DNA of 64,000 nt. Origin: a virus (Duplodnaviria > Caudoviricetes). The notes under the pieces were generated by a model. The model saw nothing but the letters and a program-made list of their open reading frames with translations. It was not told where the DNA came from and searched no databases. Below, piece by piece: positions 8,934 through 19,904 of this stretch. Location of the stretch: positions 1 through 64,000 of IMG/VR virus record IMGVR_UViG_2930578203_000001; one strand, written 5' to 3'. Both the position numbers and the translations under genes were made by a program. The stretch's first letter is position 1. Every line of letters begins with the position of its first letter.

Positions 8934-11033
8934 ATGAGATCGGCGTACAGGCTATGGCACGAAGTGCTCTCTGCAGAGTTCTTCGGTGCGGACCACGCGC
9001 TGCGGAGCACCGTTCTCTATGTCGATGACGAGATTGAACGGCAGCTCGCCGAGCTCTACGGCATCGAAACGAGTCTGGCCCAGGCCGTCGCCGACGAACT
9101 CAACTGGAGCGACCCGGAAAGACCGCTGTTCAACCACGTCCAGCGCGAGTGCGTGCAATGGGTGAACGGCGGAAGCGAGGGGCCGCCGCCTAGCCTTCCG
9201 GTACTCGCCCTGTCCGTACTGGCCGCTACCCGCATGGCCTCATCCGACGGGATGCTGAGGAGTAACTTCTACAAGCGCTGGTTTCAGGTGTTCGGCGAAC
9301 AGTTGTCCGGCTACCGCGCGAACAAGCTGAGGAAGGCATTCGAAGACGTCGCTGAGATGTGGGAGCAGCTGGACAGTTGGCTGCAGGAAACGGGCGGTCT
9401 CTTCGGCACCAGTACGGTGAGCACTGACGACTTCTACTGGAAGATCGGCTACCCCATCTCGCAGGCTCTGGTCCGCGGTTTGGACCGGCACGCCCTCACT
9501 CGCTTCTTCGCCACTACTCGCCTAAGGCCGCACAATCAGACCAAGGTCTCCGGCCGAGAGCTCTTGCGGCGGCTCCGTGTCTGGACAGCGGGCAGGGAAC
9601 GAGACCTGTCCCCCCGGCTCATGGAGGAGCTCGCAAAGGCTGCCGACACTGGCGAGACTCTCATCACCAGTCTCCTCAGACGACTTGCCGATGACTGGGA
9701 CGGCACCCTCCACGAGCCGGAGCACGGGCGTCGGCGCCGGGCTCTCGGGCTCCGGCTCATGGTCGCGGACCGCGGAAGGCGACTGGACTGGCTGGCCGAG
9801 GCTGTCGAAGCGACGCCCGAGACCGAGGTCTGCCTGCCAGGCGGGCGGACTTTCACGCTCCGTAAGGAGTACGGCAACGTCTACGGAGGGTTGGAGTCTC
9901 TCCGGCCATCCCCTCAGCAGTTGGCATACGGCGTACGTCTCGAGGGTGAGGCTCTGGTCCTTGAATGGGTGCCGCAGGAGGTCGTGCTGCTGCGGATGCA
10001 CCCGTACCTCGGCGAGTGGGTGAGCACCGAGTATTTCGAGCCTGGCGAGCAGCACTGGATCCTTGCCGCCGACTCCGCCGTCGCTGAAGTGCGCTCTATG
10101 GTCAATGCTCTTGGCGGCCGGACGGTCCGCGAGACGGCGGCGCCGACGGTGGGTTGGAAGCTGTTCAAAGGCGTCCGTGCGGTCAACGGGGGTGCCTTCG
10201 CTAGTACTTTGGATCGCGGTGGAGCGCATGCCTACGTCCTTGAGCCCCAGATCCGGCAGCACGCCGAGTTGTCCGGCGGGCTCCGCATCGCGCCCGAGTA
10301 CCGGGTGGGTTCCGGCGTTGCAGGCCACTTCCTCCGCGGCGGCGGCCCGGATCTGCTGCTGCCCGCGAGTGAATCCCCGGATGGGCTCGTGGAGGTCGTG
10401 CTCGACGGCTGCACTGAAAGGTTGCGTGCAGACCCGCGCATTCCCTTCCCGCTGCGCCTCGTCCCTCTGGACGAGGGGGAGCACCAGGTGGGCACAGCGA
10501 AGAGCAGCCAGGTCTTCACCTTGTACGACGGGCTGCACGACGGGCTTCCGCCAGGGACCGGGATGCTCGGATACAACTGCAACGGCAGCGCCCGGCGCAG
10601 GCTGAGCGAGGTCGGCGACTCCGACGCGGCTATCCGAGGTGCCTATGCACCGGACAGCATCAGGCTGCCGCGCACCGAGCTTGTGCGGAGTGATGTCCTG
10701 GAAGCGGTGCTCATCGATCACCGCGGCAGTGCGCGCAGAGTCAAGCAGCAGTCAGTCCCAGCGTGGATGGTGTCACGGCTGCCGGAAGAGGCCCGCGGCT
10801 CCTGCCTTGAGGTCGAGGTGCCTGAAGGATACGTGTGGCTGATATATCGGACGGTCGCCCGGTGGTCCGTCCGGGCACTGGCCGCAGCAGCGGACATTCC
10901 CGATCCTGCGCCGTCCCATGATGACTACGCCTGGGCACATGCGGTACTGAGCGCGGCCGAGCGCTCGCACGCCCCGGTCTGGCTCAGGTATGTAGCGGCG
11001 GCAGAAGCAATCGCCGGAAAGCGGGGAGCCTGA
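8934..11033 (+). CDS. Druantia-like accessory protein (DruF/DruH N-terminal-like)
   Basis: First gene of a coupled operon with a DUF1998 helicase; YRLWHEVL..FF and IGYPISQAL segments resemble this family from memory. Confidence 0.6.
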   Translation: MRSAYRLWHEVLSAEFFGADHALRSTVLYVDDEIERQLAELYGIETSLAQAVADELNWSDPERPLFNHVQRECVQWVNGGSEGPPPSLPVLALSVLAATRMASSDGMLRSNFYKRWFQVFGEQLSGYRANKLRKAFEDVAEMWEQLDSWLQETGGLFGTSTVSTDDFYWKIGYPISQALVRGLDRHALTRFFATTRLRPHNQTKVSGRELLRRLRVWTAGRERDLSPRLMEELAKAADTGETLITSLLRRLADDWDGTLHEPEHGRRRRALGLRLMVADRGRRLDWLAEAVEATPETEVCLPGGRTFTLRKEYGNVYGGLESLRPSPQQLAYGVRLEGEALVLEWVPQEVVLLRMHPYLGEWVSTEYFEPGEQHWILAADSAVAEVRSMVNALGGRTVRETAAPTVGWKLFKGVRAVNGGAFASTLDRGGAHAYVLEPQIRQHAELSGGLRIAPEYRVGSGVAGHFLRGGGPDLLLPASESPDGLVEVVLDGCTERLRADPRIPFPLRLVPLDEGEHQVGTAKSSQVFTLYDGLHDGLPPGTGMLGYNCNGSARRRLSEVGDSDAAIRGAYAPDSIRLPRTELVRSDVLEAVLIDHRGSARRVKQQSVPAWMVSRLPEEARGSCLEVEVPEGYVWLIYRTVARWSVRALAAAADIPDPAPSHDDYAWAHAVLSAAERSHAPVWLRYVAAAEAIAGKRGA

Positions 11034-11980
11034 TGACCGATCCAGGAGACCTGCTGCTGCGCTGGGTGAGCGAGCGGGGAGCGGGCGCGCTGTCCGACGT
11101 CAAGCAGGGCATGTGGTGGCTCGCATCCACATATTGCCCGGACATCGAGCCGGGTGCGGCGGGCCGCTGGCTGCGCGACGCCGTATCCCTCGGTCACATG
11201 GACATCGACTGGCGCAACCGGCGCTGGTCCGCGGCACCGCCCGTACTGACGCGACTGCCGCAGGCCCGAGGACTGGCCGTGCTGGCCGGGAGTCGGACGG
11301 CTGCTTTCGACAATCGCCTCGATCAGGCCGTGAAAGATGGCTTGGTAGAGCTCTTCCGGGTGCCCACTGCGCGTCCGCCGCGGGATATCCCTCTGCCTGT
11401 TTCGCTGATCGTCCAGTTCAACGACGAGGCTGGGCTGGTGCAGTGGGCGACCGGGCTTGGAGCCGAGTACACATCCTGCTTCGCTGTCCAGGGCGCTGCC
11501 CTGCTTCCACCTCTCGGACTTGAAGTGCGGACTTCTGCACCGGAGTTCGGGCAGCCGCTGGAGCAGTACAGCCTCGACCGGCGGGAATACCAGCCTGCAG
11601 GCCGCCCTCAGGGGGATGGTCTCTACCGGCTCAAGCAGCGCGAAGGCAAGCGCGTATGCCAAGTTCGGCGCAATGGCGAGTGGTACGAGACCAGCCACGA
11701 GGAAGGAGTCTACTCCGTCCTGGAGTCCCATAACCCGGAGGCCGATGTGCTCCGCTGGCTGCCCGAACAGGACTGCGGGCGGGAGAGGTTCGGGACCCTT
11801 TACGTCGACTGGGGCTACCCTCTGCCCGACCTGCACCGGCGCGTGGCCGTCATGTGCTCCGGCCTCGCGCCGCGCATCAATGCGCATGCCGAGAACCTGG
11901 CGTACGACAACGTGCCCAAGGCCGTAGCAATCAAGATCGCAGACTCGCTCGGACAGCACCTTGGAGAGAATGATGAGTGA
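11033..11980 (+). CDS. Druantia-like accessory protein (DruG-like)
   Basis: TGATG coupling; SLGHMDIDW..WSAAPPVL segment; position directly before the helicase. Confidence 0.55.
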   Translation: MTDPGDLLLRWVSERGAGALSDVKQGMWWLASTYCPDIEPGAAGRWLRDAVSLGHMDIDWRNRRWSAAPPVLTRLPQARGLAVLAGSRTAAFDNRLDQAVKDGLVELFRVPTARPPRDIPLPVSLIVQFNDEAGLVQWATGLGAEYTSCFAVQGAALLPPLGLEVRTSAPEFGQPLEQYSLDRREYQPAGRPQGDGLYRLKQREGKRVCQVRRNGEWYETSHEEGVYSVLESHNPEADVLRWLPEQDCGRERFGTLYVDWGYPLPDLHRRVAVMCSGLAPRINAHAENLAYDNVPKAVAIKIADSLGQHLGENDE

Positions 11981-14900
11981 CTCCGTCGCGGAACAGCCCC
12001 GCGACAGCGGCCAGGACGTCGACGTCCTGGGGTCGTTCGAGCACCTTAAAGAAGCGCTCTTCCGCTACTACAACACGCCGTTCGGCCTCGCTGACCAGCA
12101 CCTGGAAGAGGAACGGCAGGGCCTCTTCGACGTGGACGGCGGGGCGTGGCGGCGCCCCCTCCTGGAAGTGCGCCCGCGATACGCCACTGTGGACGCGGGG
12201 ATCGCGGAGTCTGTCCGCTCAGCGGGTGCCCACCCCGACCTCGCGGAATTGGTGCAGCTCGGCCTGCTGCAGGGTGTTCCGTCGCTCTATGAGCACCAGC
12301 ACCGAGCCCTCACCGCTGCGGTCCGCGATGGACGCGACGTCGTCGTCACAGCAGGCACCGGCTCCGGTAAGACGGAGTCGTTCATGCTGCCCATCCTGGC
12401 CGACCTCGTCCGGGAATCCGAGGTCTGGCCGGCGGGAACGCTGCCGTCCAACCGATGGTGGGCATCCCCTGACGGCGAGTACCAGCCGCAGCGGGCAGGC
12501 GAGAACAGCCGGCAGGCTGCCGTGCGCGCTCTGGTCCTCTACCCGATGAACGCCCTCGTCGACGATCAGATGATGCGCCTACGCAAGGCCCTCGACAGCG
12601 ACGAGGTCCGGGCGTGGCTTGCGCGATCACGACCCGGCCACCGCTTCTACTTCGGCCGGTACACCGGAGCGACGCCGGTCCCGGGTGACTTCGGCTCGAC
12701 CGCCGGTGTGAAGACGCTCCGCAAGGAGTTCGCCGCGACGGAGGAGCGCTCGGGCCAAGCGCAGAAGTCCGCCGGAGACGGCCGGTTCTTCATCCCGAGG
12801 CTCGACGGCGCGGAGATGCGCTCCCGCTGGGACATGATCCAGGCCCCGCCGGACATCATGATCACGAACTACAGCATGCTCAACGTCATGCTGATGCGAT
12901 CGCGCGAGTCGGGCATCTTCGACAAGACGCGCCGCTGGCTCGAGGAAGTCCCGGACGCCCGCTTCACCTTGGTTGTCGACGAACTCCACATGTACCGGGG
13001 CACCGCAGGCACCGAGATCGCCTTCCTCCTGCGCAACCTGCGCCACAGGCTCGGCCTGGACGACAAGCCAGAGAAGTTCCGGATCCTCGCGGCGTCCGCA
13101 TCCCTCGAAGCTCCCCGCGATCTGGACTTCCTGCAGGAGTTCTTCGGCGCTGACCGCGACCGGTTCGAGGTCCTCGGCGGCCAACTCGTACTGCCACCCC
13201 ACACACGCACCGACATCTCCGAGCACGCCCGAGCGTACGCGACTCTCGGCACCGCCCCGGAACCTGCTGAGGCTGAACGGCTCCTGGCTGACACAGGAGC
13301 AGCCGATGCGTTCGTCAATGCTCTGCGTGACGGCGACCGGCTCATCGCCGACTTCGACACGGAAGTCGCCGCGCGGCTCTTCCCAGGCGCTGATGCTCCA
13401 ACCCAGACGGACGCTATGCGAGGAATCCTCGCCGCGCTGCGCAGATCGGCCGCCGCTGACACGCCCAAACTTCGCGGGCATCTGTTCTTCCGCAACATCC
13501 CCGGAGTGTGGGCCTGTTCAGACCCGGCATGCCCTGATGCCCCGCGCCCGGAGGGCGCCGAGAGGACCGTCGGCAAGCTGTACTCCCGACCCACTCCCCG
13601 GTGCAGCTGCGACGCCCGGGTTCTCGAACTCCTCTACTGCCAGAACTGCGGAGACGCCTTCCTCGGCGGATACGCGCCCGAATCGGCATTCCGGAACACC
13701 AAGGGACGTCCCTTCGAAGCCGGCCTGCTCGCCGACCTGCCCGACCTCGACTCGCTTCCTGACGCTGCCGCTCTAGGGCCGAGCGCGGCCAATTACATCG
13801 TTTATTGGCCGCGTAAGGACGAACCTGCCACGGACAAACTTGGCTGGGACTCCACTTCCGACAAGGGGGTGCTGAGCGCCAGCTTCGAGTTCAAGCGCAG
13901 CAAGTACGACCCACGCACTGGCATCCTCCGGAACCAGAGCAACCACACCGGCTGGTCGTTCCACGTCAGCGTTCCCCGGTCCAAGAGGGGGAGCGCCCGG
14001 CTCAAGGCCGACCACCTTCCCGCGGCGCCGACCCAGTGCCCTTCGTGCGGCGACGACTGGGAGCTGCGGCAGGCCGGAAGCGAGCACCTCAGCCTGAGCG
14101 ACCCGCGCCGCATGCGCACCCCGGTGCGGTCTATGCGCACCGGTTTCGAGAAGGTCAACCAGGTCCTTACCACCGGGATCCTCTCGCTCCTCCCGAACCG
14201 GCAGGCCGTCGTCTTCTCCGACAGTCGGCAGGATGCAGCCAAGCTCTCAGCCGGGCTCGGCCTCCGTCACTACCAGGACCTGCTGCGCCTGCTCCTCGCC
14301 GAGGAGGTAGCGGATCAGGGCGACCCGGTGGCAGACCTCGCCGCTGTATCAGGCTTCTACCGGAAGTCGCCCGACAACCCTGTGGACAGGGAGACGGCCA
14401 AGGCCGCACGCGACCGGCTCAGGGCTCGAGACCGGGATACGTACGACGCGTGGGAGAAGCTCCAGAAGCCTCAGGCTGCAGCAAGCCTCGACGACCTTGA
14501 CGACGATCTCCCCGACCCGGCTGAGGAGGCCGCGCTCTACGGCCTTCTGAGCCGGGTGCCCAGTCTCGACAGCCACGCCGCCTCCGTTGCTGAACGCCTC
14601 GTGAAACTCGGCGCTAATCCTGGTGGGCCGAAGGCATCCCTCCAGCAGACGGCCTACCAGAAAGGCTCTCAGCTGCAGCCCTGGACCTCGCTGTACCGCT
14701 GGCCGGACGGGGGGAGCAGCGGAGTACGGGATGAATCCAGCCTTGTCCTGAGCGAGCGCCAGGAACAACTGCGCCAGGACATGCGCGAATCCCTCAGTAC
14801 CGAGCTGCTCAGCGGCCTTTTCGGCAGCGCCGGACGTGACTTCGAGTCTCTCGGCCTGGGCTGGCTCACCCTCGCGTCCGACCAGGCGCCACTCGAAGCC

Positions 14901-17561
14901 GAGCGGGCGTCGGATGCCGCCCTGGCCCGGACGAGCCTGCGGATCCTCGGCCACATGCGCCGGTTCGCCGGACTGCGCAAGCCTGCAGACAACCCACCCA
15001 AGAAGCTCCGGGAATTCTGGGCCAGTGCAGCCGATTACCTCGGTCAGGACCCGGACGACCTCCAGGCCACGGTGGAGCGGATCTGGGGGCCTGCAGTCCT
15101 CAAGTACGTCATCCAACCCGAGCACGTCGCGCTGCGCCACGGCCGTGCTGTGTCCTGGACCTGCTCCACATGCAATCGCCGCCACCTCCACCCGGGCGTC
15201 GGCATCTGCACGAAATGCCGCCGGCCCCTGCCTGCAAAGTCCGAGCAATACGAGAGCACCGACGCCGACTACTACGCCTGGATGGCACACAAGCAGTTCG
15301 GGCACTTCCGGCTCAACACCGCTGAACTCACCGGCCAGACGGACCGCCTCGACGCTCAGGCCCGCCAAGCCCGCTTCCAGGGCATCTTCCTCGATGGCAA
15401 AGAGCACGAGCTCCCAGACACTCTCGACGTCCTCTCCGTCACCACCACGATGGAAGCCGGTGTCGACATCGGTCCGCTGTCCGCAGTTCTCATGGCCAAC
15501 ATGCCCCCGACCCGGTTCAACTACCAGCAGCGTGTGGGACGCGCCGGACGCCGCAGCTCGCCGGTCGCTCTCGCTCTGACCGTGTGCCGTGGTCGCAGCC
15601 ACGACGAGTACTACTTCCAAGACCCGAAGCGCATCACCAACGACGCGACCCCGCGGCCCTACCTGTCCACCGACATGAAGGACATCTACCAGAGGGTCCT
15701 CGCCGCGGAAGTGCTGCGCCGGGCCTTTGATGCAGTGCAGGTTGCAGTGGAGGACGACGCAGGGATCGATCCGACCCGCAACGTCCACGGGCAGTTCGGG
15801 CACTGCGCCGACTGGCACGTCGTCAGCGAGGCCGTCGGCGCCTGGATCAAGTCGCATGAGGCCGAGATCCGGAGGCTCGCTGAAGCCCTCGCGGACTGGA
15901 CCCGGAGCGTATGGTCTCCAGCCGAGGCAGCGGAATGGGTTGCCTCGGAGCTTGTCGACCGCGTTGCACGGATCGCGGACCGAGCCAGCGGCCATCACGA
16001 GCTCAGCCAGCGGCTTGCAGAGTCGGGCCTGCTGCCAATGTTTGGATTCCCCACGTCGGCCCGGTACTTGTACACGAAGCGCCCCTACGACTCGTACCCG
16101 TGGCCGCCGAGCGGAGTCGTCGACCGCTCTCTGGACATCGCCATCTCGCAGTTCGCACCCGGCGCGGAGACCGTGAAGGACGGACAGGTCCACACCGCTA
16201 CCGGAGTGGTCGCGTTCGAGCCGACGGGCAGGGCCCCGCGAGCCGTGGATCAGCCACTCGGGCAGTCCATTCCCATCGGCATCTGCCGCGCCTGCGGACA
16301 CCTTGCGGACGAAGTGCGAATGTCTCCAGCACAGGAAGACGACGCGCCCCAACAGCCCTGCCGCGCCTGCGGAGCTGCTGACGGGTCATACCGCGAGATC
16401 GAACTCCGCGAACCAGCCGGCTTCTACTCCGGAGGGAAGGCCCGAGATTTCGACGGCAACTTCGCCTGGCGTGCGAGGTCGCTGGCACCGCGCACGGCCG
16501 CCGATCTCGAGCGCGGCGCGCCAGAGAAGATCGCGACGGCAGGAATGGTCGTCCACGCGGGCAAGGGCCAGCGCTTCGCAATCAACGACAACGGCGGTCG
16601 GCTCTTCAGCTTCGCGAAGCTCACCCCGACCGCACGCTGGTCCGGCGCATACCTGGAGACTGGAGCGGCGGAGGTATTCCCCTGGCTCACGAAAGACATT
16701 GCAGCCGACGAGGAACCGCTGACCACAGCCATCGGCGCTACCCAACACACCGACCTGTTCCTCCTCGGACCTCAGGCCGGCGAGATCCCCGCTCTCGGCC
16801 TGCGCCTCAACCTCACGTCCGTGCCCCAGAGCACCGGCTTCCCAGACGACCGCTCAGGCAGGCGGGCTGCCTGGTACTCGCTTGCCGCCCTGCTCCGAAC
16901 CGCCGCAGGCTCAATCCTCCAAGTACAGCCCAACGAAATCGCGTCCGGCATCCACGGCGCAGGATCCGGCAGCCGCGAGGCGCGCACTTTCGCCTTCCTC
17001 TCGGACACCCTGGACAACGGTGCTGGCTACTGCACGCACCTCGCTGAGCGCGACGTCTTCGAGCAACTGATGGCTACAGCGAACAACATGCTGGCCGCAT
17101 TCGCCACAGGAGCGCATGGCCGCGACTGCCGAGGCTCGTGCTACCAGTGCCTCCGCGACTACACAAACATGGCGTATCACAGTCTGCTCGACTGGCGACT
17201 GGCCGGCGACCTCCTCGCGATCCTCCAGGGCAGGGGTGCCGCAAGCGATCAGCGCGCCCGACGCGCCGCGGGACTGCTGCGGAACTGGGCTTCGGACTTC
17301 CCGTCCGAAGACGCGGAGTTCGTGGACGACCTCGGAGGCACGGGACCTGCTGTCCTCTTCGAGGAGCGGGTTTGGGTCGCGGCCAAGAGCCCGTTCGAGG
17401 CCGCCGACGGGTCGCTGCAGTCCGCCCGCATCAGTGTCGTGCGCGACGCTGCCGCATCTGATGGCCGGAATGTTCCCGACGTGGTGTTCATCGACGATTT
17501 CCTCCTCGACAAGGCGCCAGCGCGGGTCACAGCCCTGATCGCCGACTTCGACGCCATGTAG
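11970..17561 (+). CDS. druE: DEAD/DEAH-box helicase with C-terminal DUF1998 (DruE-like)
   Basis: AGTGSGKTE, YPMNAL, TNYSML, VDELH, TTTMEAGVD, QRVGRAGRR motifs; C-terminal DNGAGY..C..SCYQCL zinc domain. Confidence 0.8.
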   Translation: MMSDSVAEQPRDSGQDVDVLGSFEHLKEALFRYYNTPFGLADQHLEEERQGLFDVDGGAWRRPLLEVRPRYATVDAGIAESVRSAGAHPDLAELVQLGLLQGVPSLYEHQHRALTAAVRDGRDVVVTAGTGSGKTESFMLPILADLVRESEVWPAGTLPSNRWWASPDGEYQPQRAGENSRQAAVRALVLYPMNALVDDQMMRLRKALDSDEVRAWLARSRPGHRFYFGRYTGATPVPGDFGSTAGVKTLRKEFAATEERSGQAQKSAGDGRFFIPRLDGAEMRSRWDMIQAPPDIMITNYSMLNVMLMRSRESGIFDKTRRWLEEVPDARFTLVVDELHMYRGTAGTEIAFLLRNLRHRLGLDDKPEKFRILAASASLEAPRDLDFLQEFFGADRDRFEVLGGQLVLPPHTRTDISEHARAYATLGTAPEPAEAERLLADTGAADAFVNALRDGDRLIADFDTEVAARLFPGADAPTQTDAMRGILAALRRSAAADTPKLRGHLFFRNIPGVWACSDPACPDAPRPEGAERTVGKLYSRPTPRCSCDARVLELLYCQNCGDAFLGGYAPESAFRNTKGRPFEAGLLADLPDLDSLPDAAALGPSAANYIVYWPRKDEPATDKLGWDSTSDKGVLSASFEFKRSKYDPRTGILRNQSNHTGWSFHVSVPRSKRGSARLKADHLPAAPTQCPSCGDDWELRQAGSEHLSLSDPRRMRTPVRSMRTGFEKVNQVLTTGILSLLPNRQAVVFSDSRQDAAKLSAGLGLRHYQDLLRLLLAEEVADQGDPVADLAAVSGFYRKSPDNPVDRETAKAARDRLRARDRDTYDAWEKLQKPQAAASLDDLDDDLPDPAEEAALYGLLSRVPSLDSHAASVAERLVKLGANPGGPKASLQQTAYQKGSQLQPWTSLYRWPDGGSSGVRDESSLVLSERQEQLRQDMRESLSTELLSGLFGSAGRDFESLGLGWLTLASDQAPLEAERASDAALARTSLRILGHMRRFAGLRKPADNPPKKLREFWASAADYLGQDPDDLQATVERIWGPAVLKYVIQPEHVALRHGRAVSWTCSTCNRRHLHPGVGICTKCRRPLPAKSEQYESTDADYYAWMAHKQFGHFRLNTAELTGQTDRLDAQARQARFQGIFLDGKEHELPDTLDVLSVTTTMEAGVDIGPLSAVLMANMPPTRFNYQQRVGRAGRRSSPVALALTVCRGRSHDEYYFQDPKRITNDATPRPYLSTDMKDIYQRVLAAEVLRRAFDAVQVAVEDDAGIDPTRNVHGQFGHCADWHVVSEAVGAWIKSHEAEIRRLAEALADWTRSVWSPAEAAEWVASELVDRVARIADRASGHHELSQRLAESGLLPMFGFPTSARYLYTKRPYDSYPWPPSGVVDRSLDIAISQFAPGAETVKDGQVHTATGVVAFEPTGRAPRAVDQPLGQSIPIGICRACGHLADEVRMSPAQEDDAPQQPCRACGAADGSYREIELREPAGFYSGGKARDFDGNFAWRARSLAPRTAADLERGAPEKIATAGMVVHAGKGQRFAINDNGGRLFSFAKLTPTARWSGAYLETGAAEVFPWLTKDIAADEEPLTTAIGATQHTDLFLLGPQAGEIPALGLRLNLTSVPQSTGFPDDRSGRRAAWYSLAALLRTAAGSILQVQPNEIASGIHGAGSGSREARTFAFLSDTLDNGAGYCTHLAERDVFEQLMATANNMLAAFATGAHGRDCRGSCYQCLRDYTNMAYHSLLDWRLAGDLLAILQGRGAASDQRARRAAGLLRNWASDFPSEDAEFVDDLGGTGPAVLFEERVWVAAKSPFEAADGSLQSARISVVRDAAASDGRNVPDVVFIDDFLLDKAPARVTALIADFDAM

Positions 17562-17723
17562 TAGGCGACACTCACTGCGGTCTGAAAGGCGTAGCTGCAG
17601 GGGAACTTGAGATCTGTGACGGGGAGATAGGCGTCGGTAGCCGTGCATGCGCCCGCGGCTGCCGACGGCCTGTGCCAGGATGATCACCTGCGGAAGCGAT
17701 GGATGGTTGAACCGGAGGCGGAC

Positions 17724-19148
17724 ATGAGCGACCCGGTACTCCTGCAGCGGTTCGCGGCATGGCTCCAGCCGCAGCCGTCGGCGGTGGATGCTGAGCGCAG
17801 CGCGTTCTTCCAGAACGGGATCATCGTGCTCGACACGAACGTGCTCCTCAGCCTGTACGAGTACACGGAGACCTCCCGGGAAGAGGTCCTGTCGGCGCTC
17901 GAGCAGACCGCAGGACGGCTGTGGATGCCGTACCAGGTCGGCCTCGAGTTCATCCGCGGCCGCCGCAGTACGCTTGAGTCGCGGAAAAGAGCGCTTGCGG
18001 ACGCTGCGTCAGATGTGAACAAGAAGCTTATGGCCGCACGCAAGGCGATTGTCGAGGCCAAGAACCTCGTGCGTGCCCAGCTCGACAAGTATGCCCGGGC
18101 GCCGGAAGAGGTAGCCAGCCTGGATGCACTAGTAAAAGACGCAGAGGTCGACAGGCACCTGTCCGTCTACGGGGACGAGTTCAGGCGCCACCTAGACATG
18201 CTGAAAACCGATCACGGCCTGGCCCTGAATGCGACTGATGCGGAGGATCCGATCCTCCCGCGCGTCGCGGATCTCTACGGAGAGGGTGTCGGTCAGCAGC
18301 CGGACGATGAAGTGCTGCGCAAGCGCCTAGAGGAAGCAACCGCCTTCCGTTTCCCGAACAAGATTCCTCCAGGGTTCGCGGACTCCGACAAGGACACGCC
18401 CCTTAAGTCCGCTGGCGATTTCTTGCTCTGGGAAGAGGTTGTCGAGCACGTCAGCCAGCTGCCCGAGCCCAGTCGCCGAGTGCTGTTTGTATCGAACGAC
18501 ACAAAAGAGGACTGGTACGAGTCCGGCTCCGGCACTCGCAATTCGCGCCCGTGGCCGAGCTTGGTCGACGAGCTGAAGCGGAGGGCAGGGGCAGAGCTGA
18601 GGATCGAGACCCAGCTGAACTTCTACAGCGGGATTAGGGAGTTCCTGAACGTCGCACTCGCCGAGGACACGTACGCAGAGATCGTTCGGGTGTCTGAGAC
18701 CTTCGATGCGAAGATCCACGACGCCGGGCCGCTTGTAACCGAGGAGACGGCTCCCCAACTTCCCCCACCGGAGAGACTGGCGCTCGTCGCACTGGAGTCG
18801 GTGGGTCTCACATCCCCGGCCGTACGAGCTGCTGTCGACTCGTCCTCCCCGTCCCATCGGACGTTCCAGTGGTGGCTCATCGGCGTGACCGCTCAGCTTG
18901 GGCGGAGGGTTCCCGACGACAGGGAGCCCAGCGTCAGTTTCGCGGCGGCATCAAGGAGTTCCGAGCCGCCGTCACCGCTATGGCGGCCGGGTACCGTCCT
19001 GCCACCGGGCGAGTGGCTGCACCGAGACTCGTCGTGGATCGCCCCGTGGTTCATGGAGTTGCTGGACGCTGCTCCGAATACGGACCGGTCCGTACTGCGC
19101 GGACTCGCGGCGCAGCAGGCGGAGGAGAACCGTCGCTCGCGTGGCTGA
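17724..19148 (+). CDS. PIN-like domain protein
   Basis: VLDTNVLL, IPPGFAD, GDFLLW, SNDTKEDW motifs; GGAGG RBS. Confidence 0.85.
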   Translation: MSDPVLLQRFAAWLQPQPSAVDAERSAFFQNGIIVLDTNVLLSLYEYTETSREEVLSALEQTAGRLWMPYQVGLEFIRGRRSTLESRKRALADAASDVNKKLMAARKAIVEAKNLVRAQLDKYARAPEEVASLDALVKDAEVDRHLSVYGDEFRRHLDMLKTDHGLALNATDAEDPILPRVADLYGEGVGQQPDDEVLRKRLEEATAFRFPNKIPPGFADSDKDTPLKSAGDFLLWEEVVEHVSQLPEPSRRVLFVSNDTKEDWYESGSGTRNSRPWPSLVDELKRRAGAELRIETQLNFYSGIREFLNVALAEDTYAEIVRVSETFDAKIHDAGPLVTEETAPQLPPPERLALVALESVGLTSPAVRAAVDSSSPSHRTFQWWLIGVTAQLGRRVPDDREPSVSFAAASRSSEPPSPLWRPGTVLPPGEWLHRDSSWIAPWFMELLDAAPNTDRSVLRGLAAQQAEENRRSRG

Positions 19149-19365
19149 CGGCGCAGACCGGTGTACGGATTCCTGGCACGTAATTGACCACCCCTGCCAG
19201 GCTGCTGCGTTAGCGTCCCGAATGTGATGAGCCCTTGTCAGGCCCGTACGAGAGGGGCAGCGCAGCGTGACGTTCGGGATCTCCTACGTGAAGGTCGACG
19301 ACATCGTGACGATGCTCGACGCGCTCGAGCGGGCGCTCGCCAACCAGCGCCCGGACTGACCCGGG

Positions 19366-19415
19366 CGAGGTGAGGTGACGCGGCCAGAGCTGCGGATTTA
19401 CGTCACCTCACCTCG
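19366..19415. repeat. perfect 15-bp inverted repeat
   Basis: CGAGGTGAGGTGACG-N20-CGTCACCTCACCTCG. Confidence 0.85.
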
Positions 19416-19468
19416 GCGAGCACGGTAGCGCGCGACGCAAGCCGCGGCCGTCCCTACGGTCCGCGGCC

Positions 19469-19807
19469 ATGCTCACGACCGCCGCACCGCCCCACCCCCG
19501 GATGGCAGCGCTCGCCGTCCGCGCCCGGAACATCGTCGACTCCGGTCTGTGCACTCGAACGTCGGCCGTCCCTGATTGGCTCGCCCGCCTCGACCAGCTC
19601 GACCACCTGACCGCGGCCGCGGCCGCCAACCGCCGGGCCACCCTCGCGATCCTCGACGACGAGGTCGTGTGTGACCTCCTGGTCCTGTCGTACCTGCGAC
19701 ACGGCACCCCCTACGCCCTCTGGGCCGACACCCTCGCCGGATTCGCCGAGGACGTCCTCGGCACCGTCACCTGGGCGCAGCTCCACACGCGGCTGGACGC
19801 GACGTAA
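19469..19807 (+). CDS. hypothetical protein
   Basis: 112-aa ORF, GC3 bias, preceded by the CGCGAC promoter motif. Confidence 0.65.
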   Translation: MLTTAAPPHPRMAALAVRARNIVDSGLCTRTSAVPDWLARLDQLDHLTAAAAANRRATLAILDDEVVCDLLVLSYLRHGTPYALWADTLAGFAEDVLGTVTWAQLHTRLDAT

Positions 19808-19904
19808 GCCTCCCCGGCGGCTCATCGTCCCGGCTCGCTCCCGCCGTCCCTCCGCGGCCGCCGCTCCCGGCCGGCCCGATGTGCGGGGCAGGACGGACGA
19901 ATCC

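Noticed and set aside
17564-17600. Further GCGAC hits (17565, about 8314, 21868, 25011, 40622, 59901) as late promoters
   Set aside because: No YAYNNT hexamer at 18-19 nt spacing
19268-19359. 30-codon ORF VTFGISYVKVDDIV...
   Set aside because: Too short to support; probably a gene remnant at the island junction
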